Virus record (IMG/VR): IMGVR_UViG_3300045988_187195 | Coordinates: 1 to 32,402 of that record | Length of the DNA: 32,402 nt | Source: a virus | Strand: one strand, 5' to 3' | Part shown: one piece after another, positions 6,697 to 15,696 of the stretch | How positions within the stretch are numbered: the first letter of the stretch is position 1 | How the letters are laid out: every line of letters starts with the position of its first letter | Position numbers and translations under genes: made by a program | Notes under the pieces: generated by a model | The model's database searches: none | Told to the model about the DNA's origin: nothing | What the model saw: only the letters and a program-made list of their open reading frames with translations

Positions 6697-9272
6697 TGAA
6701 CAACACCTCCATATCCATATCTTGCTTGCATACGTAACATTCTAGCAATTTCATCCGGACTTTGAACTTTATTGTAGAAGTTGATAGTTTGTCCGTTGTT
6801 ATTTGTTGTTACGCTAGGCATGATTTGAGCCATATCTTTAGCAACGGCACGAATCCACGCTTTATTTTTTTCTAATGGTACGACTGCTTCTGCTCCGTTA
6901 CCTTCCAATAAACCGATTTGACCACGCTTCAATACACCACCACGCTCTAGTCTTGGAATCCTTCCAATGTGTACACCGGGAATCTTATTGATGATACCGA
7001 TTGCGCCGTTAATGCCACCGATAACACCATTTACCATTCCTTTTACACTTCCAACTAATGAACTAACTGCTCCTTCAATTCCACCAAATACACCACTTAC
7101 AAATCCTTTTAAACCGCTCCATGAATTCTGTATTCCTTGTAGAACATTTGAAATTTTATTCCCTACATTATCCATTACACCTTGAACTTTAGACCAAATA
7201 CCATTGAATACATCAGAAACAGTACTCTTAACATTATTGAAATATTTATTGATATTATCAATAACACCTTTAACTTTATCTCCAACTCTGTTCATTGCAT
7301 CTTGAATCTTGCTCCAAATATTGTTTATGATATCCGAAACCGTCTTAAATAAATTGCTTACGAATCCAATAATCGCAGTAACTACTTCGCTAACCTTACT
7401 CCAAATATTCTGAGCAACAGTTAATATTACAGACCAAATATTCGCTACGATTGTAGCTACAATTTGAACAATAGGCATGATAAATCCTAGTATTGTTGCA
7501 ATTGCAGTTCCTACATACGTCACAACCATAGTTATAAATGAAATGATTCCACTTACCACACTTCCAACTACTTGAAGAATAGATGTTATTACAGGAGTCA
7601 TACCGATAACTGTTTGAATAATCTTCTTAATGATTGCTAGAATCGGTGGTCCTACAACGCTAAGAATCTTTTGAGCTTGGTTTACTACATTTTGAATTGC
7701 ACTGCCTATCTTGCTTAAAATTTCTTTTGCAATAGGTTCAAGTGCAACTTTCATTTCGTCAATCGCTTTTCTGACCTCATCAAAAGCAGGAGCTAACACC
7801 TCTGAAACTTGACTTGTCAATTCTGTAATTCCACTTGTATCAATCTTGCTTAATACATTTGAAATTACATCACCAACTTTAGCAAATCCTTGTTGAATGC
7901 CTTGTATAGCTACTGTAATTAATCCGATGATACCTGCAAGAATAGGGGTAATAAGTTCGCCTATTGGAGTAAATGAATCAAGAAATGCACGCCCTAAGCC
8001 ACTTAAAGCGTTCTTTAAGCCACCATTTGCAATATCTTTGACTTTATCCATTGCTCCTTCTACATCTTTATATTTATTTCCTACCGTAGTTAAGGATTCA
8101 ATAAATCCGGCGTTGAAATCTTCTCCCATTGTACCGAAAGCCGTTGCAGATTTATTCAATTTTTCTTGTTCATTTGTAGTCTTTGAAATATCTTCCACAA
8201 TCGCATTCACAACATCTTTTTGAGTTGCTCTTCCTTCTTGCCATGCCTTAAATACATCTTGTGTTTTGGTATCAAAACTATCTAAAGCTCCTTCAATAGT
8301 TCCATCAACTAACCTTGTGGTAACTTCGTTGATTGCGTCATTTACTTTATCAAGGTTATAAGCTCCACCATCTAATCCATTCTGCATTAATTGGAAATAT
8401 TCATCTGCCGAATATCCTGCTTGTGCGAATTTACCGGAGTATTCTGAAATGTTGTCGCCTAACTCATCTGATTTGTTTAAACCATTCTGAGCACCTGTAG
8501 CCATAAGGTCGAAAGCTTCTTTAGAACTAATTCCGAACTGCTTCATTAATTGTTGAGCACCTCTTAATGTTTCGTTCTCATCCATTCCGAATGTGTCTCT
8601 TAATGTCAATAAATCCTCAGTAACATCCTTTAAATCGACATCACTTATGCCTTGCATTTGTTGCTTGACACGTGCCATCATATCGGCAACATCTGAAATA
8701 TCTTCACCAAAATTGTTTGACCAAACATCACGAGCAATGTTTTTAAATTTGCTCATTTCATTGCTTGAAGCACCTGTCTGAGCTTGGAATTTAGCCATAG
8801 CGTCATCTAGTTCTGTAGCTTGGTTAACACCTGTCTTAATTGCTAATGCCATTCCACCGATAGCTCCTGCTACGGCAGTAACACCAACAACACCTCCTAC
8901 GCCTAATCCTGTTAGGGTTTCAGTGATTGTAGTTGCTTCCGGACTAATATTTTGAATCTTCTCTAGTAATCCATCAAACCCACCTTGAATTGATTCTAAG
9001 GCACTGTTTCCTACTTGTTTAAATACATCAAATTTAGAACCTGTTTCTTGCGTTTCTGTTTGTGTATTCTTTTGCTCTTCATTTAAATCTTTAAGTTTAT
9101 TTTTAATCTTTGGTGGTGCTTTTGAACCTTCAGAACCTAACTTATCTATCGCATTTGAAGTATCTTTAATAGCATTTGTAGCTTTATTTGATACATCACT
9201 AACCGATTTAATACCATTTTCAAGACCACTTGTATCTATCTTTGTATCAAACTTTAATGTTCCGTCTGATAT
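6693..9272 (-). CDS. Tape measure protein, 859 aa; apparent ATA start
   Basis: The frame is open from TGA 9275..9273. GGAGG (9288..9284) sits 11 nt before ATA 9272..9270. The first canonical in-frame start is ATG 8852, 140 codons downstream. It has a central hydrophobic block, periodic IWSK repeats, and a C-terminal GGVLKRGQIGLLEGNGAEAVVPL. Confidence 0.85.
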   Translation of the reverse strand: MSDGTLKFDTKIDTSGLENGIKSVSDVSNKATNAIKDTSNAIDKLGSEGSKAPPKIKNKLKDLNEEQKNTQTETQETGSKFDVFKQVGNSALESIQGGFDGLLEKIQNISPEATTITETLTGLGVGGVVGVTAVAGAIGGMALAIKTGVNQATELDDAMAKFQAQTGASSNEMSKFKNIARDVWSNNFGEDISDVADMMARVKQQMQGISDVDLKDVTEDLLTLRDTFGMDENETLRGAQQLMKQFGISSKEAFDLMATGAQNGLNKSDELGDNISEYSGKFAQAGYSADEYFQLMQNGLDGGAYNLDKVNDAINEVTTRLVDGTIEGALDSFDTKTQDVFKAWQEGRATQKDVVNAIVEDISKTTNEQEKLNKSATAFGTMGEDFNAGFIESLTTVGNKYKDVEGAMDKVKDIANGGLKNALSGLGRAFLDSFTPIGELITPILAGIIGLITVAIQGIQQGFAKVGDVISNVLSKIDTSGITELTSQVSEVLAPAFDEVRKAIDEMKVALEPIAKEILSKIGSAIQNVVNQAQKILSVVGPPILAIIKKIIQTVIGMTPVITSILQVVGSVVSGIISFITMVVTYVGTAIATILGFIMPIVQIVATIVANIWSVILTVAQNIWSKVSEVVTAIIGFVSNLFKTVSDIINNIWSKIQDAMNRVGDKVKGVIDNINKYFNNVKSTVSDVFNGIWSKVQGVMDNVGNKISNVLQGIQNSWSGLKGFVSGVFGGIEGAVSSLVGSVKGMVNGVIGGINGAIGIINKIPGVHIGRIPRLERGGVLKRGQIGLLEGNGAEAVVPLEKNKAWIRAVAKDMAQIMPSVTTNNNGQTINFYNKVQSPDEIARMLRMQARYGYGGVVQ

Positions 9273-9292
9273 TCAATTTGCCACCTCCTTTT

Positions 9293-9856
9293 CTAAACAT
9301 CGAAATATGAATCAAATTCATCCTTCATTTCTTGTTCCTCTATTGTTAATTCGATTGGGAAAGACCACGCTTCTTTTGCTCTTTGATATGCTTTATCTTG
9401 TGTATCATTTTTTGAAGGTTTTTCATATCCTCTAACACTCTTTGCATATCCCCATAAAGTTGAATCACCAACGATATTATTCGCCAATGCTAAGAACTTG
9501 TGCCAATGCATATCACATTCAGTTAAATCAATGCCGTAAAGTTGCATAAATGCCGAATAAATATATTCCCCATCTTGTACATAATCCAATGTCTTAACGC
9601 CTGTAGAATCACTTCTAGGCGTACTAGAAGGGTTATATAGGAATCGTTTTAACTCTTTTAAAATATGCTCATCTATGATAGGTGGTTCATCTGCGAATAA
9701 ATAAGAACAATCTACTTCATCAATGATATGATTATTAAATCTTTCTAGTTCTTTATAGAATCTTATCCACAACCGAAAGTCTGTATTTAATAAAATAGGC
9801 TCGCCATCTAGCGACTGAATGCTATTTGGCAAGCCTTTTATGCGTAAATCAATCAT
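9293..9856 (-). CDS. Phage Gp15-family tail-associated protein, 187 aa
   Basis: The ATG is coupled (ATGA) to the upstream gene. It carries an LLNTDFRLWIRF motif and sits between the chaperone and the TMP. Confidence 0.6.
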   Translation of the reverse strand: MIDLRIKGLPNSIQSLDGEPILLNTDFRLWIRFYKELERFNNHIIDEVDCSYLFADEPPIIDEHILKELKRFLYNPSSTPRSDSTGVKTLDYVQDGEYIYSAFMQLYGIDLTECDMHWHKFLALANNIVGDSTLWGYAKSVRGYEKPSKNDTQDKAYQRAKEAWSFPIELTIEEQEMKDEFDSYFDV

Positions 9857-10215
9857 TTCTTCGCCGAAATGCTAGAAACAGTTTTGCTTGCGTCAAGAAA
9901 TTGCTTCATTCCATTTGTTCCGAATGTTGTTTTTAATTTCTTTTCTAACTGTTCAACCGTTTTCTTTGAATATTCATCATCAATCAAATTGACAATATAC
10001 AATACTTCCATCAAATCAACTTGTTCAAAGTCTGCACTTCCTAACATGCTTTCAATTTGTTCATCTGTTAATACTGTTTTCAGATAGTCGAATTTTGCTC
10101 GATATGCTTCTTCATGCGTATTGTGAAATGCATTACAAGCGTCCTCTGCTTTTAATACCTCAATTGTTTTAGGTGGGATTTCATACTGTTTCCCTTCATA
10201 CGTGATTTTATTCAT
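9853..10215 (-). CDS. Tail assembly chaperone, 120 aa
   Basis: ATG is preceded by AAGAGGTAAATC. It is acidic and lies immediately downstream of the major tail gene. Confidence 0.6.
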   Translation of the reverse strand: MNKITYEGKQYEIPPKTIEVLKAEDACNAFHNTHEEAYRAKFDYLKTVLTDEQIESMLGSADFEQVDLMEVLYIVNLIDDEYSKKTVEQLEKKLKTTFGTNGMKQFLDASKTVSSISAKK

Positions 10216-10233
10216 GATTTACCTCTTCTTTCT

Positions 10234-10740
10234 TTATACTTCTGATGTGCCTTCTGTAAATGTTACTGTTCCATCTGCTACCTTTGCAACACCGACACGA
10301 ATATCGCTTGCAAAGTTAATATTAAAGTTGATTTTTGAATCGACACCACTTAATGTATCGAAAATCAATTTAGCGTCAACTTCCCACGCTTTGTATCCTT
10401 TTGTTTTGTCTCCGTCAAACATGAATACAAGTAAAGCTTTTGTATTTACTTCTTCATTGTTTGGTACGGATTTCATCATTTGTTCGTAAATATATTCAAA
10501 GTCATCTTCGCCTTTAATCATTGTTAAATCTTGCGAAATCTGAGGTGAATAACTCTTTAATGATTCTGTTGGGTTCTTATCTGCGATAAAGTCATACGTT
10601 TCAGTTTCACTATTGAATGAAATATCTAAAGTTGTAGACTTTTTAATACGCTTATAAGCTTCTCCCATTTGTAAGAACAATCCAATCATATACTTCTTGA
10701 CTGTCTGTCCTGTATTTACTTCAGTTCCTTGAGTTGCTAT
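10234..10740 (-). CDS. Major tail protein; apparent ATA start
   Basis: AAAGGAG (10755..10749) sits 8 nt before ATA 10740..10738. An in-frame TAA lies two codons upstream. The first canonical start is ATG 10689. The N-terminus is (M)ATQGTEVNTGQTVKKY. Confidence 0.8.
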   Translation of the reverse strand: MATQGTEVNTGQTVKKYMIGLFLQMGEAYKRIKKSTTLDISFNSETETYDFIADKNPTESLKSYSPQISQDLTMIKGEDDFEYIYEQMMKSVPNNEEVNTKALLVFMFDGDKTKGYKAWEVDAKLIFDTLSGVDSKINFNINFASDIRVGVAKVADGTVTFTEGTSEV

Positions 10741-10761
10741 TAATTAAGCTCCTTTCTGTAT

Positions 10762-11175
10762 TTAATCCTTTCTGTATTTAATTTGAATTGTCAAGGCATA
10801 TACTGCTTGACTATCCTCATTTGTGTATAGATATAAACCACTTGAAACGGAAACATCTTGACAATATCTGTTTCCGTCTAGTTGTGGCAATTCTCCGTTT
10901 AAATTCTTTTCATCAATCCAATTTTCTAATTCTTCTAGAAAAACATTATTGTCTTGTCTTTCTGATTCAATTTGTGTATTCCTACGAGCTAGAAATGTGT
11001 AGTATTCAGTACGCATTTGAGAGCCATCAATGTATGTATCTACAATTGCATTAGGCTCTTTATACAATGCATAAGAGATAGCTTGTTGCGCTAACACATC
11101 CGTTTCAATACGTTCATCTATCTGTATATTCCCATAGCCATAAAGCCATTGAATCAACGCTTTTGATACTGTCAT
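10762..11175 (-). CDS. Tail-completion / minor capsid-type connector protein, 137 aa
   Basis: ATG is preceded by GGAGGTAGTGA and coupled by an ATGA overlap. Assignment is by position between the gp10-like and major tail genes. Confidence 0.55.
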   Translation of the reverse strand: MTVSKALIQWLYGYGNIQIDERIETDVLAQQAISYALYKEPNAIVDTYIDGSQMRTEYYTFLARRNTQIESERQDNNVFLEELENWIDEKNLNGELPQLDGNRYCQDVSVSSGLYLYTNEDSQAVYALTIQIKYRKD

Positions 11176-11534
11176 TCACTACCTCCTATCATTTGTTGTG
11201 CTTTCTTTGCGATTGTCTCTGCTCCACCATTTCGCATAGCTTTTTTAAACCAATGGTCTGATTTACCACCAACGAAATGAGCATTCTCTTTGTTGTAATA
11301 CCAACGTCTTGCATATGGAGCGCTTGGTCCGCCCTGTTTTACCAATCCACTTCCGATTTGAGTGTTTCTTGTAGCCGAGTTAATCAATGCTCCTGTGTCT
11401 CTAGGCGTATAGGGGGCCATAAGCCTAATGACTTCAGAATCAATCATTTGTTGAACTCGTCCACGTTCTTCAAGTCCTCTTGATTGTTTAAATTCTTGAA
11501 GTGATTTAACATCAAGTTTAACTTTGATACCTAT
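11172..11534 (-). CDS. HK97 gp10-like head-tail joining protein; apparent ATA start overlapping the upstream stop (ATAG)
   Basis: GGGAGG (11550..11545) sits 10 nt before ATA 11534..11532. The track start TTG 11552 abuts the SD. The product contains LMAPYTPRDTGALINS. Confidence 0.7.
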   Translation of the reverse strand: MGIKVKLDVKSLQEFKQSRGLEERGRVQQMIDSEVIRLMAPYTPRDTGALINSATRNTQIGSGLVKQGGPSAPYARRWYYNKENAHFVGGKSDHWFKKAMRNGGAETIAKKAQQMIGGSE

Positions 11535-11950
11535 TGACCGACAACCTCCCAATGCTTCAACATATCAACATTCGTACAATCTGTTACGCTTTGAACGGTT
11601 GTCCATTTGTATTTCTTTTTTGCTTCGTTGATTGATTTAATACTAGATAAGTCTTCTTTTACTTCTCCAAAGAATACAAAATCTGTCTTATCTGTATTTA
11701 ATGTGAAGTGCTTTTGTTTCTCATCATTTGAAAGCTTTGCATATACGTAAGGTTCAACATATCCCTCACGATATAGAATGGTAATATTTGTGGATGTGGC
11801 TATGCTCAGAATATTACCGTTTGCAGTTCTAACAGTTGATTGTCTCCACATACATTTATCAAGTATAGAAGCTTGAAATCTATCTTCTCTTGTCAATGTG
11901 TCATAGTAGTGATTTACAAGTGTGATTGAATCTTCAAAAAATCCTATCAT
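11531..11950 (-). CDS. Head-closure / connector protein, 139 aa
   Basis: ATG 11950 overlaps the upstream TGA (ATGA). ATG 11962 is an alternative start. Confidence 0.55.
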   Translation of the reverse strand: MIGFFEDSITLVNHYYDTLTREDRFQASILDKCMWRQSTVRTANGNILSIATSTNITILYREGYVEPYVYAKLSNDEKQKHFTLNTDKTDFVFFGEVKEDLSSIKSINEAKKKYKWTTVQSVTDCTNVDMLKHWEVVGQ

Positions 11951-12294
11951 AATGCAATCCATCTTTCTTTCATTAAATCAGTATCACCTAACCAAAAGGC
12001 TATAATATCCTCAAGCGTGTTTCTTTTGTCTGAGTGTGTAGTGTTTATAAAGCTTTTTGAATATCCACCATTTGAAATACTTGATACACCATCAATTGAA
12101 TCTTGAAGAATTACATTGTTCAAAACATCAGAAATACAATCTTTTAAAGTGCTTTCGTTCTGTTCATTAATAGAATCAGTGTTTACATACTTCAATACCA
12201 TTGCTTCCGCTTTGTAAGAATACTGATTGAATTGATTTTCATCAAACTTAGGAAAATGGGAATTGTAATATTCCCAATCTAAAATGTTGTTCAT
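11947..12294 (-). CDS. Head-tail connector (gp6/gp15-like), 115 aa
   Basis: ATG is preceded by GGGGGTTGTAAA. It is the first connector gene after the capsid gene. Confidence 0.55.
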   Translation of the reverse strand: MNNILDWEYYNSHFPKFDENQFNQYSYKAEAMVLKYVNTDSINEQNESTLKDCISDVLNNVILQDSIDGVSSISNGGYSKSFINTTHSDKRNTLEDIIAFWLGDTDLMKERWIAL

Positions 12295-12314
12295 TTTACA
12301 ACCCCCTTTTTATG

Positions 12315-12419
12315 CTATTTTTCTTTTTGAGGTTTAGCTTCCTCTTTTTTTGTTTGAGGTTTACCTTTTTTAGGCTTTTCAACTTTAGAAGGATAACCCC
12401 ATCCGATTTCTTTCGCCAT
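12315..12419 (-). CDS. Lys-rich micro-protein, 34 aa (MAKEIGWGYPSKVEKPKKGKPQTKKEEAKPQKEK)
   Basis: Not in the track. Its ATG overlaps the major-capsid stop codon (TAATG). Confidence 0.35.
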   Translation of the reverse strand: MAKEIGWGYPSKVEKPKKGKPQTKKEEAKPQKEK

Positions 12420-13288
12420 TACTTAGCACTAGCAGATAAGTAAACACCTGCTACCTTATTTTGGTATACATCAACGATTCCATACTTACGATATTTCAAT
12501 ACATCTGAATCTGATTCAATGTTATTGCTTGCAGGAATTACATTTGAAACGGTGTGTTTATCCCATTTCATAACCGCAGGTTTAGAAACGATTAAGAAGT
12601 TGATTGCGTGACCATCTTCTGCTTTTGTATATCCACCATCTATTTCTGTATCTGCTCCACTCAACAATTTAATCTTTGTATAGAAACGTGTTGAAGGCAC
12701 TGGAACAACCTTTGCAAATCCTTGTAAAGCTTCACGTGATTTATATGTATCTAATGCTTTTACGCTATTTAATAACGTAGGTGTTGAATACAAGATACGT
12801 TGCTCACTCGGAACTTCATCTTCATCCATTTGAGTAACGGCTTTTAATAATGCACTCAAGAATTCTTCTGCACTTGCGTAATCTTCTGAAACTTTTGTGA
12901 TTCCTGTTGTTCCGGCAATTTTAGCAAATGTGTAAGCGTCTGCTTCCGGTGCAACCTTTGTACGCATTAATTCCGCTCCTGCCCTACCAAATGCAATATT
13001 CATTGATTCTGCATTATCTTGTGTATCAACTGCAATCTTAGTTCCTCTATCATAGTCGAATGTAGCAGTCTTCCATTCCAATTTAACTGAGTTTGATGTA
13101 TAACCACTGTTTCTATCGTAGTTTCCTAAACCTTTAACAGAAATTTGTGGATAGATGATTTCTTTTGCATTTGCTCCGGCTCTTACCATTGTAGCGTCTG
13201 CGTTTAAATCACCTGTTACTGAAGCTAACTTATATACCTCATCAAGATTTGAGACATACGTTTTAGCTAATGCAATTTGATTTGCTAT
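12419..13288 (-). CDS. Major capsid protein, 289 aa; apparent ATA start
   Basis: GGAGG (13301..13297) sits 8 nt before ATA 13288..13286. An in-frame TAA lies two codons upstream. The first canonical start is ATG 13189, 33 codons downstream. The N-terminus is (M)ANQIALAKTYVSNLDEVYKLASVTGDL. Confidence 0.85.
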   Translation of the reverse strand: MANQIALAKTYVSNLDEVYKLASVTGDLNADATMVRAGANAKEIIYPQISVKGLGNYDRNSGYTSNSVKLEWKTATFDYDRGTKIAVDTQDNAESMNIAFGRAGAELMRTKVAPEADAYTFAKIAGTTGITKVSEDYASAEEFLSALLKAVTQMDEDEVPSEQRILYSTPTLLNSVKALDTYKSREALQGFAKVVPVPSTRFYTKIKLLSGADTEIDGGYTKAEDGHAINFLIVSKPAVMKWDKHTVSNVIPASNNIESDSDVLKYRKYGIVDVYQNKVAGVYLSASAK

Positions 13289-13301
13289 TAATTAATCCTC
13301 C

Positions 13302-13886
13302 TTATTTCTTCTCTGTAGTTAAACCCATTACCTGTCTTAATAGTAAATCTTCGGCATTTGGGTTTGCTCCTTGCCCACTGTTTCCAACAATATTGCCTTT
13401 AACAGTAGGCTCAGTTTGTTCTTCTTCAAATAAGATTGGCTTATTCTCTTTCAATGTTTTGAAAGCTTTGTCAATATCATTTGTTTGGTCTTTTGATTTT
13501 AGTAAATCATCATAGTTGAATTGTGATTTTGCTAAATCAAAATCTTTACATCCGTATTCTTTAGCTTTTGCGCTTAATACGGAATCAAGATTCATTTTGC
13601 TAATCTGAGTTTCGTAGCTTGTCTTTTGAGTGTCAATATCATTCGTCAATGTATTGATTTTATTTCTCAATTCTTCTACATCAACTCCATCATAGCTCTT
13701 TTTGAAATCATCAAACTTTGTTTGAATTTCCTTTGCGTTGCTCTCTGCTAAAGATAGCTTTTCTTTTTGCTTGTCGAACTCTGCAATCGTCTTATAGTTG
13801 TCATTTACTAGCTTTGTAATTGATTCCTCTTGTTCTTTGGTTAATTCAATGTTTGATTCTTTTAAAATTTCAATAATGTTCTTCAT
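13302..13886 (-). CDS. Scaffolding protein, 194 aa
   Basis: ATG is preceded by GGAGGGCAA. The product is a charged coiled coil and lies just upstream of the capsid gene. Confidence 0.7.
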   Translation of the reverse strand: MKNIIEILKESNIELTKEQEESITKLVNDNYKTIAEFDKQKEKLSLAESNAKEIQTKFDDFKKSYDGVDVEELRNKINTLTNDIDTQKTSYETQISKMNLDSVLSAKAKEYGCKDFDLAKSQFNYDDLLKSKDQTNDIDKAFKTLKENKPILFEEEQTEPTVKGNIVGNSGQGANPNAEDLLLRQVMGLTTEKK

Positions 13887-13963
13887 TTGCCCTCCTAAAG
13901 TCTTTTATAAACCGAATCTTCTCCGGTATGGTATTGGCTAACTATATTTTAGCTTGAATAATA

Positions 13964-13978
13964 GCTCACAATGTGAGC
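13964..13978 (-). terminator. Stem-loop after the MuF-like gene (weak terminator or RNA-stability element)
   Basis: GCTCAC, a 3-nt loop, GTGAGC, located 3 nt after the stop. The downstream tract is only moderately T-rich. Confidence 0.35.
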
Positions 13979-13981
13979 GTT

Positions 13982-15163
13982 TTAGCCAATTCTAAGCCTA
14001 TCGTTGTGAACTCTATCTCCCATTTCAGAACTGAAAGCTTTATACATTGCATTTGCGTGTTTTAGCTTGATTTTGGCTTCTGTACTTCCTAATCCTTGAT
14101 TGTCCAATAAGATTACTTCCCTTTTCAATGCTCTGATATTTCTTTCTAATTCTCTTTGGTATTGCCTAGCGTCATATCCTTCATATTCTTTTCCTTGAAA
14201 CATGAAAGGTTTCGTATCAATATTCTTTAACTGCTCTTTTGTGTAAGCGTAAGGCATATCAACATCCCAAACCGGTTGAGCAAAGTGCCTACATCCATAA
14301 TCTTTTTCTTCTCCATGCGTTAATTGATACAGACTAGGATATAATTTCCCTTGCGTGTCGTATCGTTTCCCTTGCCATTTCTTATGGCTTGGTCTTGCAT
14401 TTGCGTGAGCGTCAAACTCAAATACAGTAACTCCCATATCTTTAGCGCATTTATTGTTAATTTCTTGTGATGATTCCTTTTCTGCGTACTGCATTTGTTG
14501 CCTTACCCATACATCCACATTTCTTTTAACGCCTGTATCATATTCCACAATCTTTACGCCACTATTTGCTAATTTTGAGATAGCTTTTCTACAAGAATCA
14601 TCAATTGTACATTTACCACCTACTACATTTTTAACTTCTTCTTGAACTACCTTTGTAAAGAATACAGGAAGCTTATCTTTACCGATTGCATACGTGTTAG
14701 CACTTGTCTTGATATATTTCTTCCAACGCTTTGATGTATCGTCTTGTGGACTGATATATAAATCTATTTTGAGCTTCTTTTTGATAGGTTTTCCACTTGC
14801 TACTTCGATTAAATCAAGTATTCCTTGCTTATTTTCTTCAAAATCCTTTTTAGATTCCTTAATTACATCTTTTTTTAGGCTTTTTGATTCTTTTTTCGTA
14901 AATTTACGCAAATCTACGAGTGATTTTGCCAATATCTCATTAAATTTTGCGTTTTCTTCGGTGCTTTTTTCCAAAACTTCACGAATTTTATTAGATACGA
15001 ATATCATCATCCCTAATTCAAATACACTTGCACGCTTTACACTTTTTCTTTCTCTTTCTTCAAGCTTTCTTCTTTTCTCGATTTGCTTTTGTAGGCGTTC
15101 TTGCTTCCTTTCTTCTTGCCTTTTTTTTCGTTCCTGTTCCCTTTGTTCTTCTTCACTTAACAT
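13982..15163 (-). CDS. Head morphogenesis protein (SPP1 gp7 / Mu F-like minor capsid protein), 393 aa
   Basis: ATG is preceded by GGAGGGCACATAA. It has a KE-rich N-terminus and the motifs HANARPSHKKWQGKRY and YGCRHFAQP. Confidence 0.75.
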   Translation of the reverse strand: MLSEEEQREQERKKRQEERKQERLQKQIEKRRKLEERERKSVKRASVFELGMMIFVSNKIREVLEKSTEENAKFNEILAKSLVDLRKFTKKESKSLKKDVIKESKKDFEENKQGILDLIEVASGKPIKKKLKIDLYISPQDDTSKRWKKYIKTSANTYAIGKDKLPVFFTKVVQEEVKNVVGGKCTIDDSCRKAISKLANSGVKIVEYDTGVKRNVDVWVRQQMQYAEKESSQEINNKCAKDMGVTVFEFDAHANARPSHKKWQGKRYDTQGKLYPSLYQLTHGEEKDYGCRHFAQPVWDVDMPYAYTKEQLKNIDTKPFMFQGKEYEGYDARQYQRELERNIRALKREVILLDNQGLGSTEAKIKLKHANAMYKAFSSEMGDRVHNDRLRIG

Positions 15164-15181
15164 TTATGTGCCCTCCTACAG

Positions 15182-15201
15182 AAAAAGGGCATTTAAGCCC
15201 T
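15182..15201 (-). terminator. Short rho-independent terminator after the fibre cassette
   Basis: On the minus strand: AGGGC, loop TTAAAT, GCCCT, then TTTTT. Confidence 0.45.
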
Positions 15202-15219
15202 TTAAAACGTTTTTAAAGC

Positions 15220-15339
15220 CTATTTAATTAATTCTTTTCTCTGAGCTTCTGTAATCCAACCGATAGAAGCAAACATTTCTAAATCACTCTTTGTAAATAA
15301 GCCTAATTCATAATACGATTTAATTAATTCATAACTCAT
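15220..15339 (-). CDS. XkdX-family small phage protein, 39 aa
   Basis: Not in the track. MSYELIKSYYELGLFTKSDLEMFASIGWITEAQRKELIK matches the XkdX pattern as I recall it. Confidence 0.6.
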   Translation of the reverse strand: MSYELIKSYYELGLFTKSDLEMFASIGWITEAQRKELIK

Positions 15340-15340
15340 A

Positions 15341-15688
15341 CTACTTCACCCCATTCAATTGAGCTTTTAATTGAGCAATCTGTAACATTAATTGTGCATT
15401 AATCTTATCTTGCTCAGTTGGTACTGCTTTCGGTTCTTCGATTGTTGGCTTTTCTGCTTCTGCAACCTCAACCACTTTGCTATCCACATATTTATAGTTA
15501 TATCTTCCATGTTCGTCTACTAATCCTTTTTCTAGATATAGACCTTGAGCATGAGCGTATTTATCGCCTTTCCCTTGGTCGATTTCTGTCATTGTTTGAA
15601 TTTCTTCTTGTGATAAAAAGATTTCTGAATTAATAGATGTGATGTATCCGTTTGATAAGGATACGTATACTTTATATTCGTTTTCCAT
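15341..15688 (-). CDS. Tail-fibre-associated protein (XkdW position), 115 aa
   Basis: ATG is preceded by GGAGGAGCT. Its position between the fibre gene and XkdX suggests the role. The C-terminus is a coiled coil. Confidence 0.4.
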   Translation of the reverse strand: MENEYKVYVSLSNGYITSINSEIFLSQEEIQTMTEIDQGKGDKYAHAQGLYLEKGLVDEHGRYNYKYVDSKVVEVAEAEKPTIEEPKAVPTEQDKINAQLMLQIAQLKAQLNGVK

Positions 15689-15696
15689 AGCTCCTC

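Noticed and set aside
6693-9272. Periodic IWSK/NxxS repeats and DNA-level repetition in the tape measure gene, considered as a possible novel repeat element.
   Set aside because: This internal periodicity is a common property of tape measure proteins. It is not a separate element.
9853-10215. A programmed -1 frameshift (gpG/gpT type) between the tail chaperone and the next ORF, or a frameshift feeding into the tape measure gene.
   Set aside because: The downstream Gp15-like ORF has its own ATG in an ATGA overlap, and no convincing slippery heptamer is seen. The TMP frame is separated from the Gp15-like ORF by a stop and an intergenic SD. A short TTG ORF at about 9277 terminates after 9 codons.
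14694-15227. Plus-strand ORFs antisense to minus-strand genes. Examples are 14694..15227, 15028..15216, 7897..8223, 6967..7185, 10202..10489, 29233..29523, 29699..29998, 23865..24053 and others in the track.
   Set aside because: They are shadow ORFs of AT-rich coding sequence. They lack SDs, have Ser/Phe/Leu-rich low-complexity translations, and lie wholly inside well-supported genes on the other strand.
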